A stretch of DNA of 64,000 nt from Alphaproteobacteria bacterium (GCA_963555825.3 CAUVXB020000001.1:2144001-2208000), one strand, 5' to 3'; counted from the stretch's first letter, positions 1 to 10,852 are shown. A program made the numbers and translations. Notes: a model not told the origin generated them from the letters alone.

Positions 1-37
1 GTCCAGAGGATCTGTGCCGGGGGGTGTGTAGGGGATT

Positions 38-856
38 GTGCGCATGAATGTTAGAAAATATCTTGACCCTTGGCCTGCACGCCTCTCGGCGTCGCTGTTG
101 ACCGTAGCGCTGCTGTTTGGCTGCGCTTCGCCACCCGAGGGCGACGCGGACGCGCAAGCGGCCTACGACGAAATCAACGATCCGCTCGAGCCGTTCAACC
201 GCGCGATCTTCTCGTTCAACCAATTCGCCGACGGCATCCTGATCAAGCCAATTGCGCTGGCTTTTCGCACCTTCGTGCCGCCCGAGCCGCGCGAAGGCGT
301 GCGCAACTTCCTGTCCAACCTGCGCTCGCCGATTGTGCTTGCCAACGACCTCATGCAGGGCGAATTCGATCGCGCCGTCGTGACGATCGAGCGCTTCGCG
401 ATCAACTCGACCGCCGGGCTGGGTGGCCTGATCGACGTCGCCGCCAGGTTCGGCATCGAGGGACACCGTGAGGACTTCGGCCAGATGCTTGCGGTCTGGG
501 GCAGCGGCGAAGGACCGTTCCTGATGCTGCCTATTCTCGGGCCGTCCAACCCACGCGACGTTATCGGCTTGGTTGTCGACGGCTTCATCGATCCGGTGCC
601 GTACTTCGTGTCGTCCAATATCCAGGTGGCGCGCACTGTGCTTCGCGGCGCCGATGAGCGTGAACGCGTCCTCGATGCGCTCGACGAGATCGAGCGTACG
701 TCGCTCGACTTTTACGCCACGCTGCGCAGCCTTTACCGGCAGCGCCGCGCCGACGAGATCCGCAACGGGGCGCCGGCGCCGGTGGTGCCGATCCCGGCGA
801 TCTCGATCGAGGAGTTCGAGTATCCTGACGAAGGACAGGTTTCGATGGTTTATTGA
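38..856 (+). CDS. mlaA: MlaA/VacJ family lipoprotein
   Basis: Lipobox LFGC, NDPLEPFNR, EDFGQ and GPSNPRD motifs; upstream of mlaC. Confidence 0.92.
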   Translation: MRMNVRKYLDPWPARLSASLLTVALLFGCASPPEGDADAQAAYDEINDPLEPFNRAIFSFNQFADGILIKPIALAFRTFVPPEPREGVRNFLSNLRSPIVLANDLMQGEFDRAVVTIERFAINSTAGLGGLIDVAARFGIEGHREDFGQMLAVWGSGEGPFLMLPILGPSNPRDVIGLVVDGFIDPVPYFVSSNIQVARTVLRGADERERVLDALDEIERTSLDFYATLRSLYRQRRADEIRNGAPAPVVPIPAISIEEFEYPDEGQVSMVY

Positions 857-858
857 CC

Positions 859-1470
859 ATGTCGGTCATACGTCGAATTTCCTCGCTCACGGTTATCCTG
901 CTCTTAGCACTCTCCCCGCTGCCTGTGGCGGCCGGCACGCTGGACGACGCGATCACGTTCGTCCAAAACCTCGGCGACAACGCCATCGAAGTCCTCAAGG
1001 CGCCCGACTCGACGCCGGAACAACGCCGCGTCAAGTTCCAGGTGCTTCTGGACAGCGGCTTCGCCGTCGATACGATCGGTCGGTTCGCGCTCGGCCGTTA
1101 TTGGCGCGCTGCAACGTCCGAACAGCGACTGGAATACCTCCGGCTGTTCCGGCTGTTCATTCTCAATACCTACGCCTCGCGCCTGGACGGCAATTCGGGC
1201 CAGTCCTTCAGCGTCGTAAAAGCCCATCCGATCGACGACAAGGACACGCTGGTCAACACCGAAGTCTCGCAGACCAACGCCCAGCCGTTGCGCGTCGACT
1301 ACCGAGTTCGGGCACGCCACGGCGACTACAAGATCGTCGACGTCTTGGTCGAGGGCATCAGCCTGGTCACGACCCAGCGTACCGAGTTCGCCTCGATCAT
1401 CAATCGCGAAGGCTTCGACGGCCTGCTCGAGCTGATGCGCGACTACGACGGCGATGCCCCGTCGAACTAA
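859..1470 (+). CDS. mlaC: MlaC/Ttg2D phospholipid-binding periplasmic protein
   Basis: Signal peptide, ALGRYWR and KIVDVLVEGISLVTTQRTEF motifs. Confidence 0.88.
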   Translation: MSVIRRISSLTVILLLALSPLPVAAGTLDDAITFVQNLGDNAIEVLKAPDSTPEQRRVKFQVLLDSGFAVDTIGRFALGRYWRAATSEQRLEYLRLFRLFILNTYASRLDGNSGQSFSVVKAHPIDDKDTLVNTEVSQTNAQPLRVDYRVRARHGDYKIVDVLVEGISLVTTQRTEFASIINREGFDGLLELMRDYDGDAPSN

Positions 1471-1518
1471 CGGCGGCACGCCTCTTCCGGCTAGTTTGTT
1501 GTGCGGCCATCTTTTGAT

Positions 1519-1599
1519 GCGGTCACCTTTGGTGACCTGCGCTCAATCGCCGCGCACGCTTCCGCCGAACGGTCGGCGGCCCGCAGTCGCGGGCTGGTA
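1519..1599 (+). repeat. Structured intergenic repeat, copy 1 of 4
   Basis: GGTCACC-TTT-GGTGACC hairpin plus GCGCTCAATCGCCGCGCA..CCGCCGAACGGTCGGCGGCCCGCAGTCGCGGGCTGG; also at 17006, 26059, 46991. Confidence 0.9.
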
Positions 1600-1632
1600 T
1601 GATGAGACCGATCTTGATCGATCGCACATGGT

Positions 1633-3315
1633 TTAGCCGCGCGTCAGTGGCTTGTAGCGGATGCGGTGCGGCTGATCGGCCTCGTGGCCCAGGCGCCGCC
1701 GCCGGTCGGCCTCATAGTCGCTGTAGCCGCCCTCGAACCAGACCACCCGGCTGTCGCCCTCGAAGGCGAGCACATGGCTCGCGATGCGGTCGATGAACCA
1801 GCGGTCATGGCTGATGACGATCGCGCAGCCGGCGAAGTCGAGCAACGCTTCTTCGAGCGCGCGCAGCGTGTCGACGTCGAGGTCGTTGGTCGGCTCGTCG
1901 AGCAGCAGCAGGTTGGCGCCCGACTTGAGCACCTTGGCGAGATGCACACGGTTGCGCTCGCCGCCCGATAGCTGGCCGGTCTTCTTCTGCTGGTCGGCGC
2001 CCTTGAAGTTGAACGCCGCGCAGTAGGCGCGCGCCGGCATGCGCCGCTTGCCGAGGTCGATCTCGTCGAGGCCGCCCGAGATCTCCTCCCAGACGGCCTT
2101 GGCGGGATCGAGCGTCTCGCGCGACTGATCGACATAGCCGAGCGCCACGGTTTCGCCAAGCCGCAGGGTGCCGCCGTCCGGCGTCTCCTGGCCGGCGATC
2201 ATGCGGAACAGCGTCGTCTTGCCGGCGCCGTTGGGGCCGATCACGCCGACGATGCCGCCGGCCGGCAGGCGGAAGTCGAGCCCGTCGATCAGCAGGCGGT
2301 CGCCATAACCCTTGCCGAGGCCCTCGGCCTCGACGACGACGTCGCCGAGACGCGGGCCTTGCGGAATGATGATCTGCGCCGTCCCGGGCGCCCGGTCGGC
2401 GCTCTCGGCGTAGAGCTGCTCGAAGGCCGAGACGCGCGCCTTGTTGCGCACCCGTCGCGCCGGCGGCGTCGCGCGGATCCATTCCAGCTCGCGGGTGAGC
2501 GTGCGCTGGCGGCCCTGCTCCTGCTTCTCCTCGATCGCCAGACGCTGGACCTTCTGCTCGAGCCACGACGAATAGTTGCCCTGCCACGGGATACCGCGGC
2601 CGCGGTCGAGCTCGAGGATCCAGCCGGCAACGTTGTCGAGGAAATAACGGTCGTGGGTCACCGCAACCACGGTGCCCGGATAGTCGCCGAGGAAGCGCTC
2701 GAGCCAGGCGACCGACTCGGCGTCGAGATGGTTGGTCGGCTCGTCCAAGAGCAACATGTCGGGCCGCTCGAGCAGCAGCCGGCAGAGCGCGACGCGGCGG
2801 CGCTCGCCGCCCGACAGCGTCGTCACGTCGGCCTCGCCCGGCGGGCAGCGCAGCGCGTCCATGGCGATATCCAGCGTGCGCTGCAGGTCCCAGCCGTCGA
2901 CCGCGTCGATCTGCTCCTGCAGCTCGCCCTGCTCGGCCAGCAGCGCGTCCATCTGGTCGGCGTCGAGGTCCTCGGCGAAGCGCGCCGAGATGGCGTCGAA
3001 GCGCTCGAGCAGGTCCTTGGTCGCCGCGACACCGAGCATGACGTTGCCGAGCACGTCGAGAGCGGCATCGAGCTCGGGCTCCTGCGGCAGGAAGCCGACG
3101 CGCACGCCGTCGGCCGCCCAGGCCTCGCCGGCGATATCGGTCTCGAGCCCGGCCATGACGCGCAACAGCGTCGACTTGCCGGCGCCGTTGAGGCCCAAGA
3201 CGCCGATCTTGGCGCCCGGCAGGAAGGCCAGCGTGATGTCGCGCAATACCTGGCGCCCGCCCGGGAACACCTTGTTGAGCCGCCGCATCACGTAGATGTA
3301 TTGGTAGGAAGGCAT
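1633..3315 (-). CDS. ettA: Energy-dependent translational throttle protein EttA (ABC-F)
   Basis: Two ABC domains (GLNGAGKST, GPNGAGKTT, LSGGE), N-terminus YQYIYVM..FLPGAKIGVLG, C-terminus PHRIRYKPL. Confidence 0.95.
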   Translation of the reverse strand: MPSYQYIYVMRRLNKVFPGGRQVLRDITLAFLPGAKIGVLGLNGAGKSTLLRVMAGLETDIAGEAWAADGVRVGFLPQEPELDAALDVLGNVMLGVAATKDLLERFDAISARFAEDLDADQMDALLAEQGELQEQIDAVDGWDLQRTLDIAMDALRCPPGEADVTTLSGGERRRVALCRLLLERPDMLLLDEPTNHLDAESVAWLERFLGDYPGTVVAVTHDRYFLDNVAGWILELDRGRGIPWQGNYSSWLEQKVQRLAIEEKQEQGRQRTLTRELEWIRATPPARRVRNKARVSAFEQLYAESADRAPGTAQIIIPQGPRLGDVVVEAEGLGKGYGDRLLIDGLDFRLPAGGIVGVIGPNGAGKTTLFRMIAGQETPDGGTLRLGETVALGYVDQSRETLDPAKAVWEEISGGLDEIDLGKRRMPARAYCAAFNFKGADQQKKTGQLSGGERNRVHLAKVLKSGANLLLLDEPTNDLDVDTLRALEEALLDFAGCAIVISHDRWFIDRIASHVLAFEGDSRVVWFEGGYSDYEADRRRRLGHEADQPHRIRYKPLTRG

Positions 3316-3723
3316 GTAGCCTCTCGAAGGAATTCGACTATGAAGACCGGCCGCGTCCGGCCGCGCGCCGTTTGTAGCCTACGCCGAGCCGGCCGCGCAA
3401 CGGCCACGGTGCCGCGCACCAATAGGTCGCCGCCGAGCACCAGCATGACGAAACCGGGCGAGGGTCTGCAGATAGATCATACAGCCCGCTTATCCGTCGC
3501 CGGCCACGCCCCCACGAGACGCCTCCCGCGCCCTCTTTATATGGGGTCCGCATCGCCGCGCCGAAAGCCGCGACGCTCCAATTTACTGATGACCGCGAAT
3601 TTGCGATGGTCCGTGTCCGGGATGCGACGGGAAAAGAACAAATGGCCTCCATCTTTCTACATTCACCATTCCGGTGATACAGTCGCGGACACGGGGGTGG
3701 GTGGTATGGCTCGAGGGGAACTG

Positions 3724-5688
3724 ATGACAAATGACGAACGAACGACTTGGCGTTGCCCCTATTGTAACCAGTTTGCGACGCTTGATCACAACAAGGATGT
3801 GTACGCCAGCGAACGTGATCTTTTCGACGACACAGACGAAGGCCACGTGGCTTTGATGTTGTGGGGCGTCCGGTGCCCAAACCACGAATGTCTCAAACTC
3901 TCACTAAATGCCGGTCTTTGGACGGCCAAAGGGCATTATCAAAATCTAGAACTCAATGAGTTAGTACAAAGTTGGAATCTGCGGCCTCAATCATCGGCGA
4001 AGCCACAACCCGAATACATTCCAGAACCATTACGCGAAGATTACAACGAAGCGTGTCTAATACCAGTGAGCGCCTGAATTGACTCTCGGGATATTCATTG
4101 ATGGCGGATGATGGCGGATTGTGATTCTATGGTCTCCCACCAGATGTGGGGGATGTCATGGGATCAGCACTCAAGATACGGGATGATTTGACGCCTTTGG
4201 AGCTTCGGCGCTGGGCTCGCGTGGAATCGTACGGTCGAGCGGCGGCGCGGGCCTATGGGATCGCGAATGCTTTGGAGGAGATGCCCCGGGCTGATGCCGC
4301 GCGGCTTGCGGGGATGGATCGCCAAACGCTTCGCGACGCGGTTGTTCGTTACAATGCAAAGGGATTGGAGGGGCTTCACGACCGTCCAAAGGGCTACTCG
4401 CCGCGGCGGCTGACGGCAGACGAGGAAGCGGCGCTGGCGGCGGTCATCATCGCCGGGCCGGAGCCTGAGCGCGACGGGGTTTGCGCCTGGACCCGGGCCG
4501 ATCTGTGCCGCTGGCTGGAGGAGCGCTTCGCCAAGACCTACCACCCCTCGAGCATGACCCGGGTTCTACGGCGGATGGGATTTTCCCGCCAGAAGGCGCG
4601 CCCGAGCCACCCGCGAAGGGACGCCGAAGCGCAGGAGCGCTTCAAAAAAGGGGGCTTCGCGACATCCTGAAGGCGACCGCCGCGGCGCATCTGGCGGCTT
4701 TCCGACAAGCGCCTACAGCTGTGGTTTCAGGATGAAGCGCGCGTCGGCAACAAGGGCCGGGTGTGTCACCGGTGGTGGCGCAGGGGCGAGCGTGCCCCCG
4801 GGACGCGTCAAATCGGCTACCAGTGGGCCTACATCTTCTCCGCCGTGCGCCCGGACACCGGCGACGACGTCACCCTGGTGATGCCGAGCGTCAACGCCAA
4901 GGTCATGGACCTGTTTCTCGCACACTTCGCCGATACCCTGGACCAGGATGCGCACGCCGTCATGATGTGCGACGGCGCCGGTTGGCACGACGAGCGCGCC
5001 CTCACCGTCCCCGACAACGTCACCTTGGCGCTGTTGCCGCCTTACAGTCCCGAACTCAACCCCGTCGAGCGGGTTTGGCTCTACCTACGCGAACGCTTCC
5101 TATCGCTCCGCGTCCTCGACGACACCGAGGCCATCATCGACGCCTGTTGCCAAGCATGGATCGACCTCATCGCAGAACCGGATCGTATGCGAACCCTCTG
5201 CGCCTATCCATGGATCATGAAGGTGATTTCATAGGCTCACTGGTATAATCCTCGACCTAAGCCCCAAGGTGGCCGCCACCCTTGCGCGGCGATGTCTCCA
5301 GGGCATGATCCGGGACTTCTGGAGCATCACAATGGGTCGCCTCATCGATGAGATCGCCGCATTAGAGGAGCATGTGGAGGCCGAAGTCTGGGAGGCGATC
5401 AAGGCTGTGAAGGATGTCGGCAATATCGGCGCTCACATGGAAAAGGACATCAACCTCATTATCGAGGTTGATCCCGAAGAGGCCAATCTGCTGATCCAGC
5501 TCATTGAGCAGCTCTTTGATGAATGGTATGTGGCTCGGCATGAGCGCGAAGAGCGGATGAAGCGGATTGTTGCCCTTGCGGAAGATAAAGCGGATCTCCG
5601 CAAGCAAGGCAAAGCCAAAGAGCCGCCAACAGAGCCAGACGACGCTCCAGCCGAGAGCAATACCGACTCGCCGAAGGACACCGGATAG
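3724..5688 (+). pseudogene. DUF4145-domain protein with N-terminal CxxC motifs, interrupted by IS630
   Basis: Removing IS 4061-5245 and one TAA restores a 258-aa frame (EACLILDLSPKVAATLARRCLQGMIRDFW...GNIGAH). Confidence 0.82.
4061..5245 (+). mobile_element. IS630-family element, copy 1
   Basis: Terminal IRs TACCAGTGAGC/GCTCACTGGTA, TAA on both sides, HTH ORF and DDE ORF (FQDE, DGAGWH, LPPYSPELNPVE), AAAAAAG slippery site; 10 bp longer than copy 2 near 4690. Confidence 0.93.
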
Positions 5689-5786
5689 AAAGCGCGTAGC
5701 TCGCAGGTCGAGGTCGTGAGAAAGGGATACGATTTGTTACAGTCGTTGAATAGGGAAAATGCGGTTCAAATCAGCCATTTTGTACC

Positions 5787-5810
5787 GTCGCACAATCTCC
5801 GTTTCGCGAC
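5787..5810. other. 24-bp dyad site GTCGCACAA-TCTCCG-TTTCGCGAC, copy 1 of 3
   Basis: 9-6-9 imperfect palindrome repeated at 10821 and 16250. Confidence 0.75.
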
Positions 5811-5977
5811 AGAACTCCCTTCGTCGTGGTACGATTGTACCATTGACAGGAATTTGGAGGTTATCTAGGCAATGTCCGATTTGACACTAAGAGACCTTGT
5901 AGGTGCCCTTACACTCAAGCAAGTTGCCGCGATCTTATCATTAGTTTCTGTCGTTATCGCAGGCACTTTCACGTTAG

Positions 5978-7438
5978 CAGCCCGTTGATTAAGTGGCTTT
6001 TTCCGGCTCTCACTCCCAGATGAGGAATGCGGCGGCGGAAACCGTCTGGCCGCTTTGCGAGACCCCCAGTGCGACCAGCATGGCCCCGGTGGGCGTGAGC
6101 AGCACGAAAATACCGCCATATCCGCCCGCCACGGCCTCGCGCGGGGTGCCGGCGCCGATGAGTTGGCGCATCAGCAACGATAGGTTGTGGCCGGCGACGT
6201 GGAGCAGGTATCGCTTGTGCACGTTCTCGCGGCCCCGAAGCCAGGTCCGGCGCATGCCGCCGCGATCGAGGTTGTGGGCGAAGGAGCGCTCGACGATCTC
6301 GGCGCGCAGCTTGAAGGCTTCCTTGGCCACCCCCGATAACAGCCGGGTCCGGTTGTTGGTGACCGCGCGCCGCGCCGCCTCGTCGCCGCGCCAGCGCGCG
6401 AAGCCCTTCTGCTTGGGCTCGGCGATCCGGGTCTTCCACGGGCCGTTGTCCAAGGCCTTCAAGACCGCCCGTGAGTGATAGCCTTTGTCGGTCACACATT
6501 CGGCCGGGTCCTCTGCCGTCGGCGCCGCGTCAACGCTCGCAAGGTTCTCCTTGGCCGTCTCCAACGTTTTGGGAAGCGTCGTCGTGTCGCCCTCGTCGGC
6601 CGGGTGCAGCTCGGCGGCCACCACCGCGCCGGTGTCCAGATCCACCGCGTGCTCGGGCTTGTAGGCCAGATGCGTCGTGCCGTCCTTCATCTTGGCGATC
6701 TTGGCCTCGGGGTCGCTCTTCGAAACCCAGTCCTCGTTGGAAAGCTTCTTGCCCTTGCGCTTGCGGTCCAGACGCGCCAGGTCCTCGGCCGTGGGCGTCT
6801 CGATGCCGCTCTCCCGGGCCAGGTGCTCCAGCATCTCCCGGTAGCCTTCACCCGTGTCGCGCCGCACGATGTTGCGCAGCGCCGCGTTGGCCTCCATGGT
6901 CGAGGCATCCACCCCGATGCGCTCGCCCTTCACCAGACCCGCCTCGCCGATCAAGGCCAGAACCCAGTCGAAGACCGCCGCGTGGACTTCATGGGGCAGG
7001 CGCGCGCGGGTCTTCGACAGCCAGGAATGGTCCGGCACCCGCTCACGGCTCCCCAGTCGCAGGAACTCCCGCAGCGACAGGGAATCCGAGCAACGCCACT
7101 CCAGACCGCGCTCTGAGTCGATGCCCTCGAAGTAGCCCACCAGGTGCATGCGGAAATAGCGCCCGGGCGGCACCGAGGGCGCGCCCATCCTGGCCGCGTA
7201 ATAGGGCCGGCAGCTCGCCTCGGCAAAGGCGTCGAAGCCGCCCTCGATCAGCACCGACTGCAGGCGGTCGTAAAACACATGACCCGGCGAGCGCGGCATC
7301 TCCGCCCAGCCCACCATCAAGTCCCCCTGACGATCCTTCTGCTGTCCCATCGCCATCGGCGAATCCTCCGGTCAAATCAGAACATCAAAGAATCAGACCA
7401 GGCCGCTTGCGTCCAGTGCCGACTTCGTCAACGGGCTG
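5978..7438 (-). mobile_element. IS1182-like element, copy 1
   Basis: IRs CAGCCCGTTGA/TCAACGGGCTG, TTAG TSD at 5974-5977 and 7439-7442. Confidence 0.9.
6010..7356 (-). CDS. IS1182-like DDE transposase
   Basis: 448 aa; GVDASTMEANA, DKGYHS, VERSFAH motifs. Confidence 0.88.
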   Translation of the reverse strand: MAMGQQKDRQGDLMVGWAEMPRSPGHVFYDRLQSVLIEGGFDAFAEASCRPYYAARMGAPSVPPGRYFRMHLVGYFEGIDSERGLEWRCSDSLSLREFLRLGSRERVPDHSWLSKTRARLPHEVHAAVFDWVLALIGEAGLVKGERIGVDASTMEANAALRNIVRRDTGEGYREMLEHLARESGIETPTAEDLARLDRKRKGKKLSNEDWVSKSDPEAKIAKMKDGTTHLAYKPEHAVDLDTGAVVAAELHPADEGDTTTLPKTLETAKENLASVDAAPTAEDPAECVTDKGYHSRAVLKALDNGPWKTRIAEPKQKGFARWRGDEAARRAVTNNRTRLLSGVAKEAFKLRAEIVERSFAHNLDRGGMRRTWLRGRENVHKRYLLHVAGHNLSLLMRQLIGAGTPREAVAGGYGGIFVLLTPTGAMLVALGVSQSGQTVSAAAFLIWE

Positions 7439-7739
7439 TTAGGGCTAAGTATTGAACGAAGCGCACATGCGAACCAGATTCAAGATTTGAAATCCCAGCT
7501 TGTTCGACTTGAGAATGAGAAAATGTCAACACACGATTCCCTTGTTCACCTACAAGCTAAAGAACAATTTCTTGAAATCACGTCCCTTATACAATTCAAT
7601 GCTTCGCTTTATGGTATTGACATTTGGGATAAAAGACGCTGGGATTCTAGCTACCACAGGTACATGCTTTCTGCGGTAGGGTGGCGATGTCCCTATCTCT
7701 GCCTGAAATTCGTGGGGCAGGCGTCGCTGGTTGATGATG

Positions 7740-9035
7740 CTATGCTGCCTTCATGATGGTTTCAATGGCACTGTCGGCCTGAGCCTTTCTCAAGTGTTCC
7801 TGGAGAGCATTTCGGAGGATGGGCAGCTGACGATAGGCCTTGAGGCGACGGAAGGTTTTCTGGGCCTCCAGCAGGCCGGCGGCGGTCCATCTGAGCGCCA
7901 TCTCGGCGTGTCTCCAGCGTTTGACGTTGCGGGTGACCTGGCGCACCGTGCCGAGCGCGTTCTCGACGATGTTGGTGCAGGCGAGCGAGCGCCGGAGTTC
8001 GTGCGGCAGGCCGAGGCGGATGACGGTGAGGATCTCGTCCAGCCCCTCCAGGATGCTGCCCGAGACGCCCGGTTCCTCATGCTCCAGACGCCGGGCCAGG
8101 TTGCGCAGCAGCCGTTCGGCCTTGTCTGCGTCGTCCTGGTCCCAGGCCTGACGGAGCGCCTTCTTGACGCTCGCATGCAAATGCAGGGGCAGGCGCTCGA
8201 TGATGTTACGGCCCTTGTGGACCTGGCAGCGCTGGATGGCGGCGGCCACACCGAAGGTGTTGCGGATCGCTTTGCTGAGCGCCTTCGCGCCATCGACGAT
8301 GAACAGCCGGGGCAGCGTCGGATCGAGCCCCCTGGCGAGGAGATTGTCGAGCAAGGCCTGGACGACGACAGTGTTCTCCGTCGCCCCCTCGACCACGGCC
8401 AGGACATGCTTGTCGCCGTTGCCATCGACGCCGATCGCCGCCACCAAGACATGGTCGCCGACATGCAGACCGTCGATCTGGATGACCAGCAGGTCGAGCT
8501 CCGAGAGGTCCGAGGCGAGCCAGGCCTTCATCTTCTTGCGCGACAGCGCCACAAAGCGCCGGGAAACGGCCGACTTCGAGGTGCCGTCGCCACGCGCTTT
8601 CGCCAGGTCGCCCTCGGGCAGACGGACCGCGCGGTGGTACTTGCGGGTCGACACGTTCAGGACCATCAGGTTGAGCGCCCACTCGAGCAACAGGTTGCCG
8701 TCGCGCAGCACCTGCCAGCTCTCCAAACCCACCTCCTTGCCAGCATGGTCGCGAACCCGTGGCCGCTGCACTTTCACGCGGCCGCCGTGGTAGCCGATCT
8801 CGCTCTGCGTATGGCCCCAGCGATAACCCCGACGGTTCCCATGGCGACGATGTCGGGCCCCGCACACGGTCGTGGCGTCCTCCTCCATCATCTCGGCCAA
8901 GGCCTCGACCCCGGCCAGGAGACAGAACCGATCCACGCTGAGACGGACTGCGTCCATCGCGTCTGCCAGCGGCGGCATAGGAAACGAGGTGGCAAGGGCT
9001 TTCGGGCTACTGGAACTACGGATATTCTTTCCCAT
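7740..9035 (-). CDS. IS256-family transposase
   Basis: Same protein as 11216-12511; IQIDG, IVDG, QRCQVHK, TNIVE motifs. Confidence 0.9.
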   Translation of the reverse strand: MGKNIRSSSSPKALATSFPMPPLADAMDAVRLSVDRFCLLAGVEALAEMMEEDATTVCGARHRRHGNRRGYRWGHTQSEIGYHGGRVKVQRPRVRDHAGKEVGLESWQVLRDGNLLLEWALNLMVLNVSTRKYHRAVRLPEGDLAKARGDGTSKSAVSRRFVALSRKKMKAWLASDLSELDLLVIQIDGLHVGDHVLVAAIGVDGNGDKHVLAVVEGATENTVVVQALLDNLLARGLDPTLPRLFIVDGAKALSKAIRNTFGVAAAIQRCQVHKGRNIIERLPLHLHASVKKALRQAWDQDDADKAERLLRNLARRLEHEEPGVSGSILEGLDEILTVIRLGLPHELRRSLACTNIVENALGTVRQVTRNVKRWRHAEMALRWTAAGLLEAQKTFRRLKAYRQLPILRNALQEHLRKAQADSAIETIMKAA

Positions 9036-9077
9036 GGTGTCGTTCTCCCTCTTGGGTTTGCAGCACCCGGAGCCTAA

Positions 9078-10557
9078 CAGCCCGTTGATTAAGTGGCTTT
9101 TTCCGGCTCTCACTCCCAGATGAGGAATGCGGCGGCGAAAACCGTCTGGCCGCTTTGCGAGACCCCCAGTGCGACCAGCATGGCCCCGGTGGGCGTGAGC
9201 AGACGTTCTCGCGGCCGGGGTGCCACGAAAATACCGCCATATCCGCCCGACGGCCTCGCGCGGGGTGCCGGCGCCGATGAGTTGGCGCATCAGCAACGAT
9301 AGGTTGTGGCCGGCGACGTGGAGCAGGTATCGCTTGTGCACGTTCTCGCGGCCCCGAAGCCAGGTCCGGCGCATGCCGCCGCGATCGAGGTTGTGGGCGA
9401 AGGAGCGCTCGACGATCTCGGCGCGCAGCTTGAAGGCTTCCTTGGCCACCCCCGATAACAGCCGGGTCCGGTTGTTGGTGACCGCGCGCCGCGCCGCCTC
9501 GTCGCCGCGCCAGCGCGCGAAGCCCTTCTGCTTGGGCTCGGCGATCCGGGTCTTCCACGGGCCGTTGTCCAAGGCCTTCAAGACCGCCCGTGAGTGATAG
9601 CCTTTGTCGGTCACACATTCGGCCGGGTCCTCTGCCGTCGGCGCCGCGTCAACGCTCGCAAGGTTCTCCTTGGCCGTCTCCAACGTTTTGGGAAGCGTCG
9701 TCGTGTCGCCCTCGTCGGCCGGGTGCAGCTCGGCGGCCACCACCGCGCCGGTGTCCAGATCCACCGCGTGCTCGGGCTTGTAGGCCAGATGCGTCGTGCC
9801 GTCCTTCATCTTGGCGATCTTGGCCTCGGGGTCGCTCTTCGAAACCCAGTCCTCGTTGGAAAGCTTCTTGCCCTTGCGCTTGCGGTCCAGACGCGCCAGG
9901 TCCTCGGCCGTGGGCGTCTCGATGCCGCTCTCCCGGGCCAGGTGCTCCAGCATCTCCCGGTAGCCTTCACCCGTGTCGCGCCGCACGATGTTGCGCAGCG
10001 CCGCGTTGGCCTCCATGGTCGAGGCATCCACCCCGATGCGCTCGCCCTTCACCAGACCCGCCTCGCCGATCAAGGCCAGAACCCAGTCGAAGACCGCCGC
10101 GTGGACTTCATGGGGCAGGCGCGCGCGGGTCTTCGACAGCCAGGAATGGTCCGGCACCCGCTCACGGCTCCCCAGTCGCAGGAACTCCCGCAGCGACAGG
10201 GAATCCGAGCAACGCCACTCCAGACCGCGCTCTGAGTCGATGCCCTCGAAGTAGCCCACCAGGTGCATGCGGAAATAGCGCCCGGGCGGCACCGAGGGCG
10301 CGCCCATCCTGGCCGCGTAATAGGGCCGGCAGCTCGCCTCGGCAAAGGCGTCGAAGCCGCCCTCGATCAGCACCGACTGCAGGCGGTCGTAAAACACATG
10401 ACCCGGCGAGCGCGGCATCTCCGCCCAGCCCACCATCAAGTCCCCCTGACGATCCTTCTGCTGTCCCATCGCCATCGGCGAATCCTCCGGTCAAATCAGA
10501 ACATCAAAGAATCAGACCAGGCCGCTTGCGTCCAGTGCCGACTTCGTCAACGGGCTG
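9078..10557 (-). mobile_element. IS1182-like element, copy 2, nested upstream of the IS256 transposase
   Basis: Same IRs as copy 1, CTAA TSD at 9074-9077 and 10558-10561; net 19 bp longer near the transposase 3' end. Confidence 0.9.
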
Positions 10558-10820
10558 CTAACGGCTCCAGGAGAGCGACACCTACCTCAACTTTTCAACA
10601 TCGACCGGGACATCTCCGGTAGGGTACGAGGATCTCGTGAAGGAATACCGCGACCATGTAAGGAGAATCACTACGGAATTTGTTAGTGACGAACCTTTCG
10701 CAATTGCAAAACATGGTCGCGAGAGGGCAGGGCCGAGTTTACTGCAATTCAGCCGCGACAGGACGACTTGGGTGCTTATTCCAAATCTATCGTCGCCGCC
10801 CTAACCAAATCGGCTTGCGT

Positions 10821-10844
10821 GTCGCACAATATCTGTTTCGCGAC
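10821..10844. other. 24-bp dyad site GTCGCACAA-TATCTG-TTTCGCGAC, copy 2 of 3
   Basis: Arms identical to the 5787 site; 16 bp after the stop of the reconstructed gene. Confidence 0.75.
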
Positions 10845-10852
10845 GTGCGCTG

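Larger units (their letters stand above)
7683..10617 (-). mobile_element. IS256-family element, copy 1, with nested IS1182-like copy
   Basis: Ends GGCGATGTCCC/GGGACATCTCC, 8-bp TSD GGTAGGGT at 7675-7682 and 10618-10625. Confidence 0.92.
5872..10804 (+). pseudogene. Hypothetical 174-aa protein with N-terminal hydrophobic segment, split into three pieces by IS insertions
   Basis: GGAGG RBS and ATG 5872; segments 5872-5977, 7443-7682 and 10626-10804 join in frame after removing the IS elements and one copy of each TSD. Confidence 0.8.

Noticed and set aside
2359-3700. 572-aa ORF 2359-4077 and other long overlapping ORFs in the track
   Set aside because: Shadow frames typical of high-GC DNA; here only the part from about 3724 is the real DUF4145 start.
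7740-10475. 911-aa ORF fusing IS1182-like and IS256 transposases
   Set aside because: It exists only because copy 2 has a 21-bp insertion made of nearby sequence plus a 2-bp deletion that bypass the stop present in copy 1. Probably an assembly error or chance read-through rather than an evolved fusion; reads would settle it.
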